A stretch of 64,000 nucleotides of DNA from Lepidodermella squamata (taxonomy: Eukaryota > Animalia > Gastrotricha). Shown here piece by piece: positions 40,798-53,020 of this stretch; position 1 is the first letter of the stretch, and every line of letters starts with the position of its first letter. The stretch is taken from the NCBI GenBank assembly GCA_047495785.1, contig JBLDXI010000029.1, positions 3,100,001 through 3,164,000 of the forward strand, in the 5' to 3' direction. The notes under the pieces were generated by a model that ran no database searches, was not told where the DNA came from, and worked only from the letters and a program-made list of their open reading frames with translations. The translations under genes were made by a program, and so were the position numbers.

Positions 40798-41276
40798 TAT
40801 AAGGAATTGAATGATTTCCTTATATTGGCAAATCATCGATGAGTACAATTGACCATTGAGCTGCTTAATTTCACACAGTGACGCTAAAATGTCTTCTCAA
40901 GAAACAACCTAACAATGGAAACTTGTAATTTATGCGGCAAATCGGGCTCATTTATCACTTTATGCCCTCATTTACTAAATCATCTATACACACCAAAAAG
41001 CAGTTTTCTGGGCCGCTCAATTGTTCTACCTTGAGATGCATTTCTAGCGCTACTATACAGTGAAATATATATTTTGAATTCGACTGAATAGATGAATAAA
41101 CTCGATCAGTAATGGTGAATTCATATATCGACTGTTTCCACCGTGTTGAAGAGCTGCGAAGAGGCGATCACGTGTGTTACGGCTACCTATGTAAAAGGGA
41201 TTCACCAATTGCGTGAAGTGAAACTGGAAAATTACTTGAATTAAAAAGAGCCTAGTACAGGCGACAGACGTTCAGT

Positions 41277-41415
41277 CATAGCCCATAGCCTACACTTCAT
41301 ACTTGGCCTACTGTCTCGGTATCATGGCAGCTCCCTTCAACAATGTTGTAAGGGTTGGATTTACAAAAACCTCTATGGTCTCAGGTTGAAGCGATGCGAA
41401 TCCACCGCGCCGTAA
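41277..41415 (+). pseudogene. Isolated last-exon fragment of a copy-C-type gene, without the MITE
   Basis: Matches about 31840-31900 joined to 32344-32429 (gctcccttcaacaatgttgt...ccaccgcgccgtaa). Confidence 0.75.
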
Positions 41416-41669
41416 AAAATACTTCGAACTTGAAAAAATCGAATCTGGATTAGGAGGAGTACCTATGTCGCTTGGGATTTATCATTTGAACCTCGTTTTT
41501 GGATTCAGACCCTTTTTGTCAACAACCTCGGACCCAAATTAAAAGCGTTCAATTTATTGGCAAGTATAACAAACTCATATTCCTTTAAATTTAAACATCT
41601 TCAAACTTTCCAGGTGCGAAATTCACACGTTCTGATTCCATCCATTTCCTCCAGTTCTGATTGCGAAAT

Positions 41670-42686
41670 TCATTCTTCGAAAGTCGAAGCCCTCGGAAAT
41701 CGGTGCAGGCTGAAGTCGACAATCCAAACAATTTGCCAGATGGAGAAAAACACGGGGATCGGGGCGCTGTATGACATCTCGCGAATAGCTGGGTAATGGT
41801 AATTCCAAGCCAATGCATTCATTGCCATCAAAATCAGCGTTTCAATGAAAAAACACGCGAATACAGCTCGAACGCGATGAATAGATCGGTAAATTCGCTC
41901 ATCCGGCAACAACGCCAGTGCGACAACAGCATGCCAAATCGTGCCAGGCAGTAAAATTCGAAAATTGGCCCAGTGTTGGTCGGTGAATCGATTTTCACTC
42001 ATCAAACATCCGAAAATCAGGTAAATAATCGCGATTAAACTCAGTAAAAAGTGGAGAAAATTCAGGAAAATCGAAGAAATCGAACTTTTGCAGCAACTCG
42101 GTTTGTAGACATCATATCGATCATGCGTGACGTCTTCGATATCTTCAAAGTCAATCGAGCAAAATCGATGATTCGCGAAATCAATTAAGTGCAGAATTAA
42201 TAGAAAAATCGAAAATCCAATCGCGATTGTCATCGAATAATCCTCCTTAATTTTCGGTCCGAAAGGTTTGTCTGAAATCAGGGCAAAACATATCGTACCA
42301 GCCAGTAGGACCAGAGTTGTCATGACGTAGTAAGCCAGTGTTAACAAGACTTGGAAACAGTTTGAATATCGGCTTTTCAGCAGAAAAGAAGCCGTGAAAC
42401 ACGCGTACATGATGTAGGCGAATAGTAGGAAGGCTGAAGTTTTGAATTGCGATTGGCAGTTGGCCAAATTTTGCCCTTTGCAGTCGATGACGCAATCGAA
42501 TGAGAAATGAATCAGCAGAGTGATCAGAACTGTCAACGCAAGGCCGATTAAAGTTTTCAAAATAAAATTAAACGGCTGATTTCGATGAATTTCTGACGAA
42601 TTTCGGTCGATTTTAGGGTCGTCAGAATCGTTTTGGCGGGGTAAAAGTGGAGCTTTAGCTCCTTTATCGTTACTATGAGTTGGCAT
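41670..42686 (-). CDS. Intronless unrecognised ~8-TM membrane protein, paralogue 1
   Basis: 338-aa ORF with eight hydrophobic segments. Shares H...L.LP.D and W..D motifs with 46158-47105 and 56704-57657. Confidence 0.75.
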   Translation of the reverse strand: MPTHSNDKGAKAPLLPRQNDSDDPKIDRNSSEIHRNQPFNFILKTLIGLALTVLITLLIHFSFDCVIDCKGQNLANCQSQFKTSAFLLFAYIMYACFTASFLLKSRYSNCFQVLLTLAYYVMTTLVLLAGTICFALISDKPFGPKIKEDYSMTIAIGFSIFLLILHLIDFANHRFCSIDFEDIEDVTHDRYDVYKPSCCKSSISSIFLNFLHFLLSLIAIIYLIFGCLMSENRFTDQHWANFRILLPGTIWHAVVALALLPDERIYRSIHRVRAVFACFFIETLILMAMNALAWNYHYPAIREMSYSAPIPVFFSIWQIVWIVDFSLHRFPRASTFEE

Positions 42687-43015
42687 GGTTTTGGGAAATT
42701 GTTAAAATGGGAAAAATTGGGTATTTCCCAGCTGAAAAGTGCCCACCAGGTGTGGCGGTACTTAAATCGGGATTTTTATTGCATTTGAGGCGCAGGTTGT
42801 GTCTGAGCAATTAAAAACAGAAAATTGCTGTAACATCTGGCGCAATTCTTTCCAGCTTGAAATATATTTTCTGATAAGTTCTTTAAAATATGAATTTTCA
42901 AAACCAAATAATTCCATTATTTTTAATTAAAAAAATAGTTATATAATAAACTTTGAAACTTTCGAATCACATTTCGCATAAAAACTTTCCATGAAATAAT
43001 TAAATGAAAAATAGT

Positions 43016-44396
43016 TCAGGAAGCATATTTTTCCTGAAGGGCCTTTAGGGCTGAATTCAAGGCATAACAGGCTTCGTCAGTTCCGTAATTAATCGCGCAA
43101 GTCATCGCAAGATTTTTCATAGGAGCAACCCATGTCGTCAAACACCAAATCGTATTTGAACCAGTGTGCGAAAGAACATTGCCATCCGCCCAATTTTCCT
43201 TGCCAACAATCCAACCAGCAGCGTAATTTCCTGTCGGAGTCTGCAGTCGCTTCAAAGTTTCGGATGCCAGGATTTGGGTGTCCACACCCCTGCCGCCATC
43301 AAGATGGATTTGAAGGAACTTGCCGTAATCTTCCAGCGAACAATGAACAGTACCAGCCGGGCCAATCGAGGGTGGGTTGTCGGACTGAGGGTTGCTCGGG
43401 GATACTGGAATTGGACCTCTGCCACGGCTTTTTTCATGACCCCAGGGTTGGTCGATTAAATTCGACGTTCCAGGAGCTCCAAAGCCGCAGCTTGACATTT
43501 TTAATGGCGTAAAAAGGTGCTCATTGATGATATTTTCCCAGGTATCGTTCGCAGACCTCTCCAGAACAGCACCAACTAACATGTAGCCAGCGTTTGAGTA
43601 AATGAATTTCGTACCGGGCCTGAAAATGTAACATGGTATAAGCAAGTTCCTTCGAGATTCCCACAATTAAACTAAAACAGTGAAAATGTAGTGAAAATCG
43701 GTTGAAACAGGAGAATTACCGACAAATACCGAACTATCGGGTTTTCGGGATTTTCAGGATTCTCATCGATTTTTAGCAGATTCCCCCATCTTTGGGCCTT
43801 CAATCTTCCAAGGAAGAGGTTCTTAAACATTGATTGGCGTTCTCTTTAGCTATGGTAACTTAGGGTAATAGAGCGACCCAACATAATCCTTACGCATAGA
43901 CCGGCCTCAGTTTCAGTAATGATCGAACAGCCGTTATTCTAGCAGTTCTTGATTTGCCATCTTGCCACATTTTCTTCCAAATTTGTGCCGGGACATCCCC
44001 AGGCAATCCACCCCGGTGCTGCAACAACTGTTCGAGGGTTGTATCCTGTAATTCTGGATGAATCTGCTCACCGTGTAGTAGCCTCCCAAGCGGGTCTTCA
44101 AAGCGAAGCAAGCCCAGCTCGACAAAAATTCCGACCAGTGTCGCTGTCATAGCTTTCGCATTCGAGCCCAAGTGCCACTTGTCGGATTGTTGAACCCGAA
44201 TTGAGCTGCCATTTTTCCGAACGCCGGTAGCGCCAATGCCGATGGTCACTCCATCTTTGAGTACAGAGCAACAAAATCCAGGTGCCTTACTTGCCTGGCG
44301 GTAGGGTTCGATTAGGGAGGATAAATCGTCTTGAGCTGCTACTAAGTTGAGGGCAAACAAAGCAGTTATTACCCCTGCTCTGACGAAGAGAGCCAT
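43016..44396 (-). CDS. Secreted beta-lactamase/PBP-fold serine hydrolase; exons 44396-43894 and 43619-43016
   Basis: Signal peptide, SxxK (GSNAK), LLQHRGG, YxN (FIYSNAGY), GPAG and HTGSN. A 274-nt GT-AG intron (43620-43893) joins PVYA/PGTKF in frame. Confidence 0.92.
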
Positions 44397-44909
44397 GACT
44401 ATAGAAAAACTCACCTAAGGTAGTGGCAAGAGAGTTTTCTTACAGATGATAGTATAAACATGTATGGAATACCTTGCCAAAAAAGCTTGCGACCAGTCTT
44501 CAAATGGAGTAATGCTGCCTTTCTGCTACAATTCATAGGAATCACGTGACGTAGGTGAACAATACACTGCCTTAAGTTTTCATTAGGCCTGAGAGAATAA
44601 ACTATGAATAACTTTGATAATATAGTAGTCTTATGTGGGGATAAGCGATAAGATAGTGATGAAGTCTAAAATCGTGTTAGAATGATAGTGGAAAAGGGTA
44701 GAAAACTAAAAAAACCCTTCCACTTTCCAAGCTCTACGTTTTCTCTTTGCCACTTTTTGGAATTTTTGGGGAAATATGAAATGGCCTGGAATATATAATA
44801 AGCGAAGTAGCTGAGGGTACGAGTTTATCAGACCAAAGGGCCCCCTGTGGTTTTTATCTGGTTTTTTCTGACTTGGCATCTGGAGCTTCGGGTTACGGTA
44901 CCTCCTGTA

Positions 44910-45825
44910 CAGGGCCGGATTAACATTCGGGTGGCCCCTGGGCACTTTCTGGTTGGCGGCCCTTCTCTTCATATGTTTCCATTAAATATGTTTTCATACC
45001 TGAAGCCATGATCAAAGTCAATTTTCTCAATTTCCTGATTCATTAAACAATAATTCCTTCTAAAATTTAATTATGCTTTGGTATTTTGTTGCTACGGGCC
45101 ACCTAGTATTCTACATCATAGCTGGAGTTGGCGTTAATAAGTGCTTTCCATTTTCCAACAAAATAACCGCAAATTGGAACATTGTCCCATTACCACGAGC
45201 GAAGCGAGAAATTTTCCAAGAATATTCCTTAAAATCGTTTTTCTTATCGTTAACGACGCGCCAAAACAACCACTTAGATGACTCATTCGATCGTACTTTT
45301 AGTCGCCTAACGTAATGGTGAAGTACGTTAGGCCTTTTGAACACCGATTTTTTCCTAATTTCGAACGTACTTTTCTCATAAAATCTATAAATAGTAAAGT
45401 GGTTGTTTTGGCGCGTCGCTAACGTTATGCAGAAAATCCTTGCTTTCCCGTTTCATTCTGATTGAGTAAACTCGGAAAACATTGAGGCAAGAGGATTGAA
45501 CTCTCATTCATTTTTCATTCAAACCCCTAAATGAGTTTACGATTGTTCGAAATGAATTGCATAGGGGTAGTACTGATAAAAAAAGTGAACAAAAGTTGAC
45601 GAACTAGCGAGCGAAGCGAGCAAAATTTTAGCAAAATAAAAGAAAATAGGTTGATCCGGATGCTTGGAAAGCTTCTCAATTGCAAAGCATAACGACCTAA
45701 TAAAGGCCCAACAATCTTCCGGGAATGTTTAGTAAAAGCAAATATTTCACCACTTTCTGGCGGCACCTTTTGACTGGCGGCCCCTGGGCACGTGCCCTCT
45801 GTGCATATGCGTTAATCCGGCCCTG
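44910..45825. mobile_element. Non-autonomous hAT element containing an internal inverted repeat (about 45248-45276 / 45398-45425)
   Basis: Perfect 15-bp TIR CAGGGCCGGATTAAC and perfect 8-bp TSD CTCCTGTA. It is inserted in another dispersed repeat also seen near 7240-7345 and 50450-50590. Confidence 0.93.
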
Positions 45826-46157
45826 CTCCTGTATCCTGTACTTCGCACACTGGCTCCAATTATCCCGCGCATGAAGTAAAATTCTCGAGGTTGGGGGTAC
45901 GTTTATGTATTTTCAGCCCCGAATTTATTCGACCACCGACCAAAGGATTCTCATTATTATCCGAATCTCTCAAGGCATCCCTGTACCATCCCGTACTTCA
46001 CAAACTGCCGCTATCAATCTTTATCAATCTGTAAATTAGGATCCTCAAAGAAGTCTTATAGCCACGCCAATTGAATATATTTTATTGAATTTTATTTGTG
46101 CGCATGCATTGAATTTTAAGCCTTGAATGTCAAGCTGTGGCTGTTACATCACAACTT

Positions 46158-47105
46158 TTACTCAGAATCAGGAATTCTTTCGAATTGCTCATCATCACAA
46201 CACCAAGCATAACAGGCACGAATAATCAGATCAACAGACCAGAAAATGAGTTGAAAAGCCAAAACCGCACAAAATTCAGACTTTAAACTGAACAAAGGAA
46301 GGCCAACAATCGCATATATTACTAAACATGCGAGGAGAATAGCAGTGCTTAAACAATAGATGAACTTGATATGATGTTTTATAATCAACGCGCCTGTTTC
46401 GTCATCGGGTAAAAAAGCTAGGCCCATTAAGAAATGAGTTAACATGAATAGTGATATAAAATAATAAGCCCAACTGTGAAGATCCGGTCTGGCACACTGA
46501 ACAGCTGCAAAACCGAGTCCGTACTGGAATAATAAGACCAAAGCAAGAAAAGCCAAAGAAAGATGCAGTATTTTGAAGTTTTTAGCGAAATGGTATCTAC
46601 CAAAAAAAGATCGATCTTGAGAGCCATCAAAAAAGCCCTCGTACTGTTTGACTTTGCACGTAAAATTTGTTGTAATCTGAACTAGCTCAATGATTAACAG
46701 GAAAATATTGGCCAAGCTCAGAAAAATGATGAACCATTTATGGGTTGTTTGCAGAGACCAGTATACTTGTACGATTATGAGTATGCCGATTGATCCAACT
46801 GTGTTAAACGGCAAGTCTACTGATTTCCCAACAGATCCGTCCCAAATTCTCAGCTCATTTGCGAATGCGTAGGACGTGTAGAGGAATTGGAGACCCACCA
46901 CAATAAGGATTTCCCAAATGCGATCGAGTTGAGGTTGAAATCCTTTAGATTTGCCACAGTTGTTATGAAGAATCTCGAAAGATTGCCCCCAGACTACCAT
47001 CAGGCTGGACTCGCTGATTATGCATCTGATATAGTTGAGGAACAGCCCCCATTTCGACGATCGATACCTCTTGTAAATAGGAGCTCTCGCAGATTCTTGC
47101 TCCAT
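46158..47105 (-). CDS. Intronless unrecognised ~8-TM membrane protein, paralogue 2
   Basis: 315-aa ORF with YKRYR...LN..RCI.S, IIELVQ, HFLMGLAFLPDD and FWSVD. Confidence 0.78.
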   Translation of the reverse strand: MEQESARAPIYKRYRSSKWGLFLNYIRCIISESSLMVVWGQSFEILHNNCGKSKGFQPQLDRIWEILIVVGLQFLYTSYAFANELRIWDGSVGKSVDLPFNTVGSIGILIIVQVYWSLQTTHKWFIIFLSLANIFLLIIELVQITTNFTCKVKQYEGFFDGSQDRSFFGRYHFAKNFKILHLSLAFLALVLLFQYGLGFAAVQCARPDLHSWAYYFISLFMLTHFLMGLAFLPDDETGALIIKHHIKFIYCLSTAILLACLVIYAIVGLPLFSLKSEFCAVLAFQLIFWSVDLIIRACYAWCCDDEQFERIPDSE

Positions 47106-47751
47106 TTTCGTTCAAAAAATGATAAGGTTAGAACAAAAGAAAAGAATAATAAGTATTGATACTATTGGGTTGCGAGAGATCCGAATGATACCTACAGCGC
47201 AGGTGTTTAGAAGATTGGATGGATATAAACTTGGGGCGAGACGAAATTTATTGAGTGGAAACCGATTGGACCATATGCGACTGAAGGTGTTTACAGATTC
47301 AGGAGAGATTTTACCAAAATTTCCGGGAAAAACCCGAAAACCCCGATTTCGGTATTTGTTTGGTTTTTACCGGGATTGTCCGTTTTGTTCCCGTTTTTGA
47401 GTAGGTAGATAGGATTGCCTTTTCAATTCAAAATGTCATCGGGTCGAGAGCTTTGCTCAAAACAGGAAGGTCCCCAATACAAGCGAGTATGTCCCCTGAA
47501 GCTCCGAGAATTATCATTTTTATTCATTTTTATCATTGACAGATTTGAATAAATGCATCAACTGTAAATTGTAAACGGTGTATAGTGAATAAATTGAGTT
47601 CAACAAAATAATGGCGCGGTTTTATACACTGACTTTTTCTAAGTAATCAGAAAAATCCATTCATCTTAGTTCAAGTAATTTCTTAGTAAAAAGCCAGTGT
47701 TGTAGCACTCTGAAGACAGTGGTAGAATGAGACAGTGAAGTAACATATCAA

Positions 47752-48661
47752 TCAGTTTGTTGCATCCTGATGTTGCAAAGGCGGTGTGGGACAAGAAGCT
47801 TCGTCCATCCCAGACGCACTCTCATTCATATTCATCGATGGGTAGTCAACAGCACCGTTTTCGAACCGATCAGCGGTCACTTTCAGATTGTTCAGCCTGT
47901 CCTTGAACCTCCGATTTCGAAACCAGACCTTGATTTGCCGTTCGGTTAGACCGAGTTCCTTAGCTAGGACAGCCTTCCGAGCTGGACTGCAAAATTTGCT
48001 TCGCTCGTACTCCGCAGAAAGAGTCTTGGAATTAAAATAATTTATAAATTAATATAAATTAATTAGAAAAAATAATTAACAAGGTATTTTACCTTTTTCT
48101 GCTGATTGTTGAAGATTTTTCGAGCCTTCCCCGAATTGTGACTGGAGGGTATAACGCCTCCCTCGGGTGCTCTCTGAGTAAGAACAGGGTTCATGATGGG
48201 CACATTGAGGGGTGCTTCGATGTGGATTTCAGCGCTGGTCGAATGGGGTTGCATAGGAGCTGGTGGGGGCGGGGATTGAGGTGGGGGTTGTTCGACCCAG
48301 TCTTCCGTTGACATAGAGTTCGGTCGATGGGCGAATAGCCGGCTGTTGATCACCTCGAGTAAGGGGTCTCGAAAATTCTGCTCCTCGATGGGTTCTAGGA
48401 TGTTAAGCCGGTCGATAAGGCGGTTCGCAAACATAAACGCTGATTTGCTAAAGTTAGGAAATTGTTTTAAAGGTTGTGAATGTGACTTTGTCAGTGTTAC
48501 CTGTAGTCGACTGATGAAAGTTCAGCTCGGTGATCATGTGCGCGGTCATGTGCGGCTTTGTTGTCGATGATTTGAAGCAGGTCGGAGCATAGTACGGCTA
48601 CGTCGCTCATAACAGCCCCGACGTAGGCGCCAAGGGAAACCGATGAGTACTTGTTCGCCAT
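47752..48661 (-). CDS. Divergent ANTP-class-like homeobox gene; exons 48661-48501, 48447-48093, 48024-47752
   Basis: Spliced homeodomain GKARKIFNNQQKK/TLSAEYERSKFCSPARKAVLAKELGLTERQIKVWFRNRRFKDR, with a Pro-rich region upstream and phase-compatible GT-AG introns. Confidence 0.88.
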
Positions 48662-50699
48662 CTCACCTAGATTTTCTCAACGAAAATCTTAGGATGGAGA
48701 AATAGAAAATAAAAAAACAAGCCTATATCGAAATTGAAGGAAAGGATTAGTAATAGGATTGAAATAGGAATGAAATACAGCGGAATATTCAACTTATCAA
48801 GGGAAAATTCTATGAATCTGAAAAACTTCACAGAATATCACCATTCTAGTAACTAGTAACCAAGGCATAACTACATTCGGGTTGTTGGGGAAATTCGGGC
48901 TCTATGGAATAATTATTGAGACGAAATGCGTGTTTCTGGCCAAAAGCTGTTGCCTTATGAGAACCCCCTTTGACCTGCGAATCTCTTAATACTTAATAGA
49001 CCAATATTCATGCTCCAGGGAAATTCTTTAAACCGAAATTGCAAGGCGTTTATCTGGGCCCGATTAAAATAGCTATAAATTTTGTTCCGGTGCAATCGAT
49101 GCGAAATAGAAAGTTGCCTTTGCAAACCTTATCTAGTCTCTCAATATCATATGGAATACCATTTATTCGGTCGATCAGCAGTTTTTACAGATTAATTAGT
49201 GATATCTCTCGCACATAGAGGATCGGGTCTCACAAGATTTCTACGGCCCTTCCAAGGTAACCCGAGAGTTTCTTTAAATTCGTGCGAGAAGTCATGAGTA
49301 ATTTTAGAGTATGAAACGTGTCAGTGTATGATATGACTTCTGACTCATGCACTAATAATTTGAGAAGCTAATTTGTGGATACCTCACAAGCTTGGGACGC
49401 CTTCGGTGAGTGCGCCTAGACTCACCGAAAGGATTTATTCGGCCTAAAGAAAATTGGACCTAGTCAATGAAATAAACTGACTTTAAGGGATAAAATCAGA
49501 GCCTAAATCCAGCCTATCCTGAATGTGGAAGATATATTATTAGTAAAGCTCTCGTTATCGATCATACCATATTGTTCGCGAGGATGTGGTGAGCAAAATA
49601 TTGACCATGCGATCAATGTAACTCAAGAATTTCAGAAGTAGCTACTTGTAGGTTAGTATATACAGTTTTCAAGTAGCTATCACGGAAAAATGTATGTCTC
49701 AAAGGGTAAGAAATCATATTATCTAGCAAAGAGCATATATTATGCGAAGATGTGCAGCTAATAATGTAACCCCGCGCTAAGACAAAGGTTTAATTTCAAA
49801 ACCAGTATAAAAGCGAGCCACCGCGTCGAAAACAACTCTTCGCAGGGCTACTACCGGTGCTTCTCTCTATCCCGCGCGCGCGCGCGATGACCGTTTGGTT
49901 GTTCATTGTAAATGAAAATTTAGCCGTCATTCGCGCATTACGAAAGACGAGCGCGCGCGCGTTGTGTCCTCACTTCGCGACAATACCGGCGATAAAACGC
50001 CGATGCATTTGATGGCGACCAGACGCATCCACATACCTAATGGCGTTATACGTTGTTGCGTTGCCAACAAAGGCAATAATAGACGAATCTTCTCGTAGCT
50101 GAGGCAATAATATTTTTCTTATAGGTATATGTAACATTTAAGCGCGTGGCGAGTAGGTAATTATCCTGCCCGCGTGTGTTTTTTTTGGAGTAGAGAATTT
50201 AATAGCTGCGATTCTTGACGGTTTTGACGCGTCTTTTTCAGTCGACTAAAATTCATCTTCATTTGCGATCTCCTAAAACGTTTTTATTACCTCTCCATAA
50301 CAGCTACCTTAATTCTTAAATGTTAGACTAATGTTACTCTTTGAACCTGTAAGCTGATCTCCTCGGCTCAATTCATACTTAAATCATCCCAATTGGCTAA
50401 TTCTTCCCATTATTGACTAAATTAACTAGTTTTCAAGAAGTACGAAGTAGGATCCTCGCGCTGGGGTACTCACGTCTATTTTTGGCCCTGAATTTGTCGG
50501 ACCAAAGTGTTCTTCGGTCTGTGTGGTTTTCTGGGTTTTCTTGCCTAGACCTCTGGAGCTGGAGGGTTCTGTACGTCCTGTACTTCGCACCCTGTTCGAT
50601 CTCTGGCAGATGAATCCGCCATCTTAATTATTCTGAATTACTTTACTGACGAGGATTCTGCAAAATCTCGGACCCCAGAAATTCTCCATTTCTCGCCGG

Positions 50700-51200
50700 T
50701 AATAGGTTCCATGAAGTTCATTGAACTTCGCCTTTGCTAAGTTCAGCTAAAAAGCGATGCAAATAGGGTTTTCCTGGCTTTTTCAAAGTCATTATTTGCT
50801 TTGAAATGGCCTCTACTCCCATGCGCGAAGTACCTGGGAGAAAAGGGATATCGTCCCGCCAGTTCAAAAGGCCAAGGTAGGATCCAAAATAATCGCAGGG
50901 CAATACAACTTGGGCGCGAAAATTCTCATTAGCTCTAGGATCCCACTTCGCGAATTAGCTGAGGGTGGTATTCCAGGTGTCGAGGATAAGGCACCCCAAC
51001 ATCTAGATTCCCTCCAAACTGAGCGTCTTTTACATGATTTATGATTTTTTTCTGCCAATAGATTCATTATGAAGATTTACGTTGATATTCCATGGACGTG
51101 ATGCGCATTAAGAGCTAATAATCGGCACCTTTGATTCGGACTGCAAAATCCCGAAATCCCTTACTTGGCTTCAACGAGCGATGGAGATCCAGTTCCAGTA
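50700..51200 (-). mobile_element. Highly decayed LINE RT remnant
   Basis: Scattered peptides IILDPTLAF and EKARKTLFAS resemble the post-RT LINE region; many frameshifts. Confidence 0.3.
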
Positions 51201-53020
51201 AACTGCCGAAAAGGTTCCAATGGCACTCAAAATTGACTCCCTTATGGTTGCTAAGAATCATTAATCTACTGCGATCTTAAATGCGACCCTTCGATATGCG
51301 CGGCTGGAAACTTGGGATGGTTCTGGCGGCAATAAAGTATCAGAGGTCTAAAGTCGGAGGACACTCAGTTCCAGGGGTCAGCAAGCTATTCCTCCCGGAG
51401 CCATAGAACAATTGAGCCTTCAACAGAATTCAATAGATTCGCACCAAACCTCGTCCATTTGCACCTATACGGATCTTACCTTAGGGAATGGGGCGATTCG
51501 ATCCCAGGACCTTTGAGCCCGCGCTCGACCAGCTTGAGTTGAGGCAAAAACAACACACGGAGAGCGGCTATGGAGGAAAAAGATGCCGCTCATAAAGCCA
51601 TCTTAACATTAAAACATCGCGCCGGCCGTCGTGAACCTAGCAGAAAGGTAGGCTTTATTGACGCTATAACATTAGGGCAGCGCATTTGATACACACAGGC
51701 CGTAGGTATTGCACCTGCTTTCAACTCGAAGCGTGACTGGCTCTTTTCTCGTGTATAGCCGAGGGTGGTTGGCAGGATTTTAACGCGGCCTCAGCGCCGC
51801 GGCAAATTACCTTCGTGCGATTGCATTAGCTGTGTGGTGGTGCAACACAGCCCGGTGACGATTGGCCAGGCAGGGCTGCCGCTTTAAAATATGGCATGCA
51901 ATGGCTGAGAACCACAGTAGTCAATTCAACGATTCCTCAGGTAAAGCATTTCTCATCGGCTTATACATATACCTAACACTAACATTCCTGACCTCCACAG
52001 TTTCATTTCGAATCGAAACCATTACAGCTAAGATTCCGATTGGCTTGGAGCTGCTACCCCTAAAGCTGCTACTTGTGAGTAATTTTCTGATTAATTTTGA
52101 ATAATTTCTACTGAAACTTCTCAAGGCTGATACACCTTGGAGGAACAGGCTGATACAGGCTTGGGTCTAAGAACAAATTCAGCATAAGGCCCTGGTTTCA
52201 AGGGATCGATCGAAGGATCAATCGTTTCTGAATGGAACTCTCCAATTTCTTCTCTCATCCATATTCTGTATTGGTAAAGCTTCCTTTGACTCAAGGCTCC
52301 ACTTCTCAGCCATCATTTAAGGGGTTTTATATCGGATAAAGTACAATCTGTATGTTTAGAAATATATGAATTATGTGGGTTCCAATTGATACCAGTGGAA
52401 CCAAGGAATTGTTAGCTTTAATTTGATTCTCGTACTGGAATCAATCTGAGCTTTTTTGCTCTCGGGGTTATTAGTCTCTCAGTTTCACGTCTCTTGAAAT
52501 TTGGGTAGCTATTATTTTCCACTCATCCTTCTGAGGATGGAAGGTATTACATTGCCCATTTCGAAATTTTTTACCGTAGTAGACCTGAAGATCGTACCCG
52601 AGGAATGAGCCTCCACAACTGGCTGGGTCAGTCAAACGTAGAGACGAGATTAGCAAGAAAATGAACGGCTGAATCGTTAATACTCCCTTAGAATTACTAG
52701 ATTCATATCATCAGTAGCAGAATCATTATTTGGGATGATGAACAGAAGGTCGTTATCACTACTTCTGGATAATATAGTAAGTAGCGGGGCGGGGAAGAGG
52801 TGAAGGGGAAGGAGGAAGGGAAAATCTTTAGAAAATTGAAACTTGAGCGACATTAGCGCATCTGAGAGCATCTGAGAGGATAGAACTAACATCACAATGG
52901 AAGAGTTATCTATAGCGATGCAGTTGGTCGTGTGTTTTCATTCCCCTGTGAGTGTTGAATGTGGCGAAAGATTAAGAGTAATACTGAGCCGTGAGCCGTA
53001 CAACCGCTGCATCTATACAG

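Noticed and set aside
43016-44396. Bacterial contamination, or a true antibiotic-resistance gene call
   Set aside because: The gene has a spliceosomal intron and a local pseudogene copy. Motifs establish the fold only, not beta-lactam hydrolysis.
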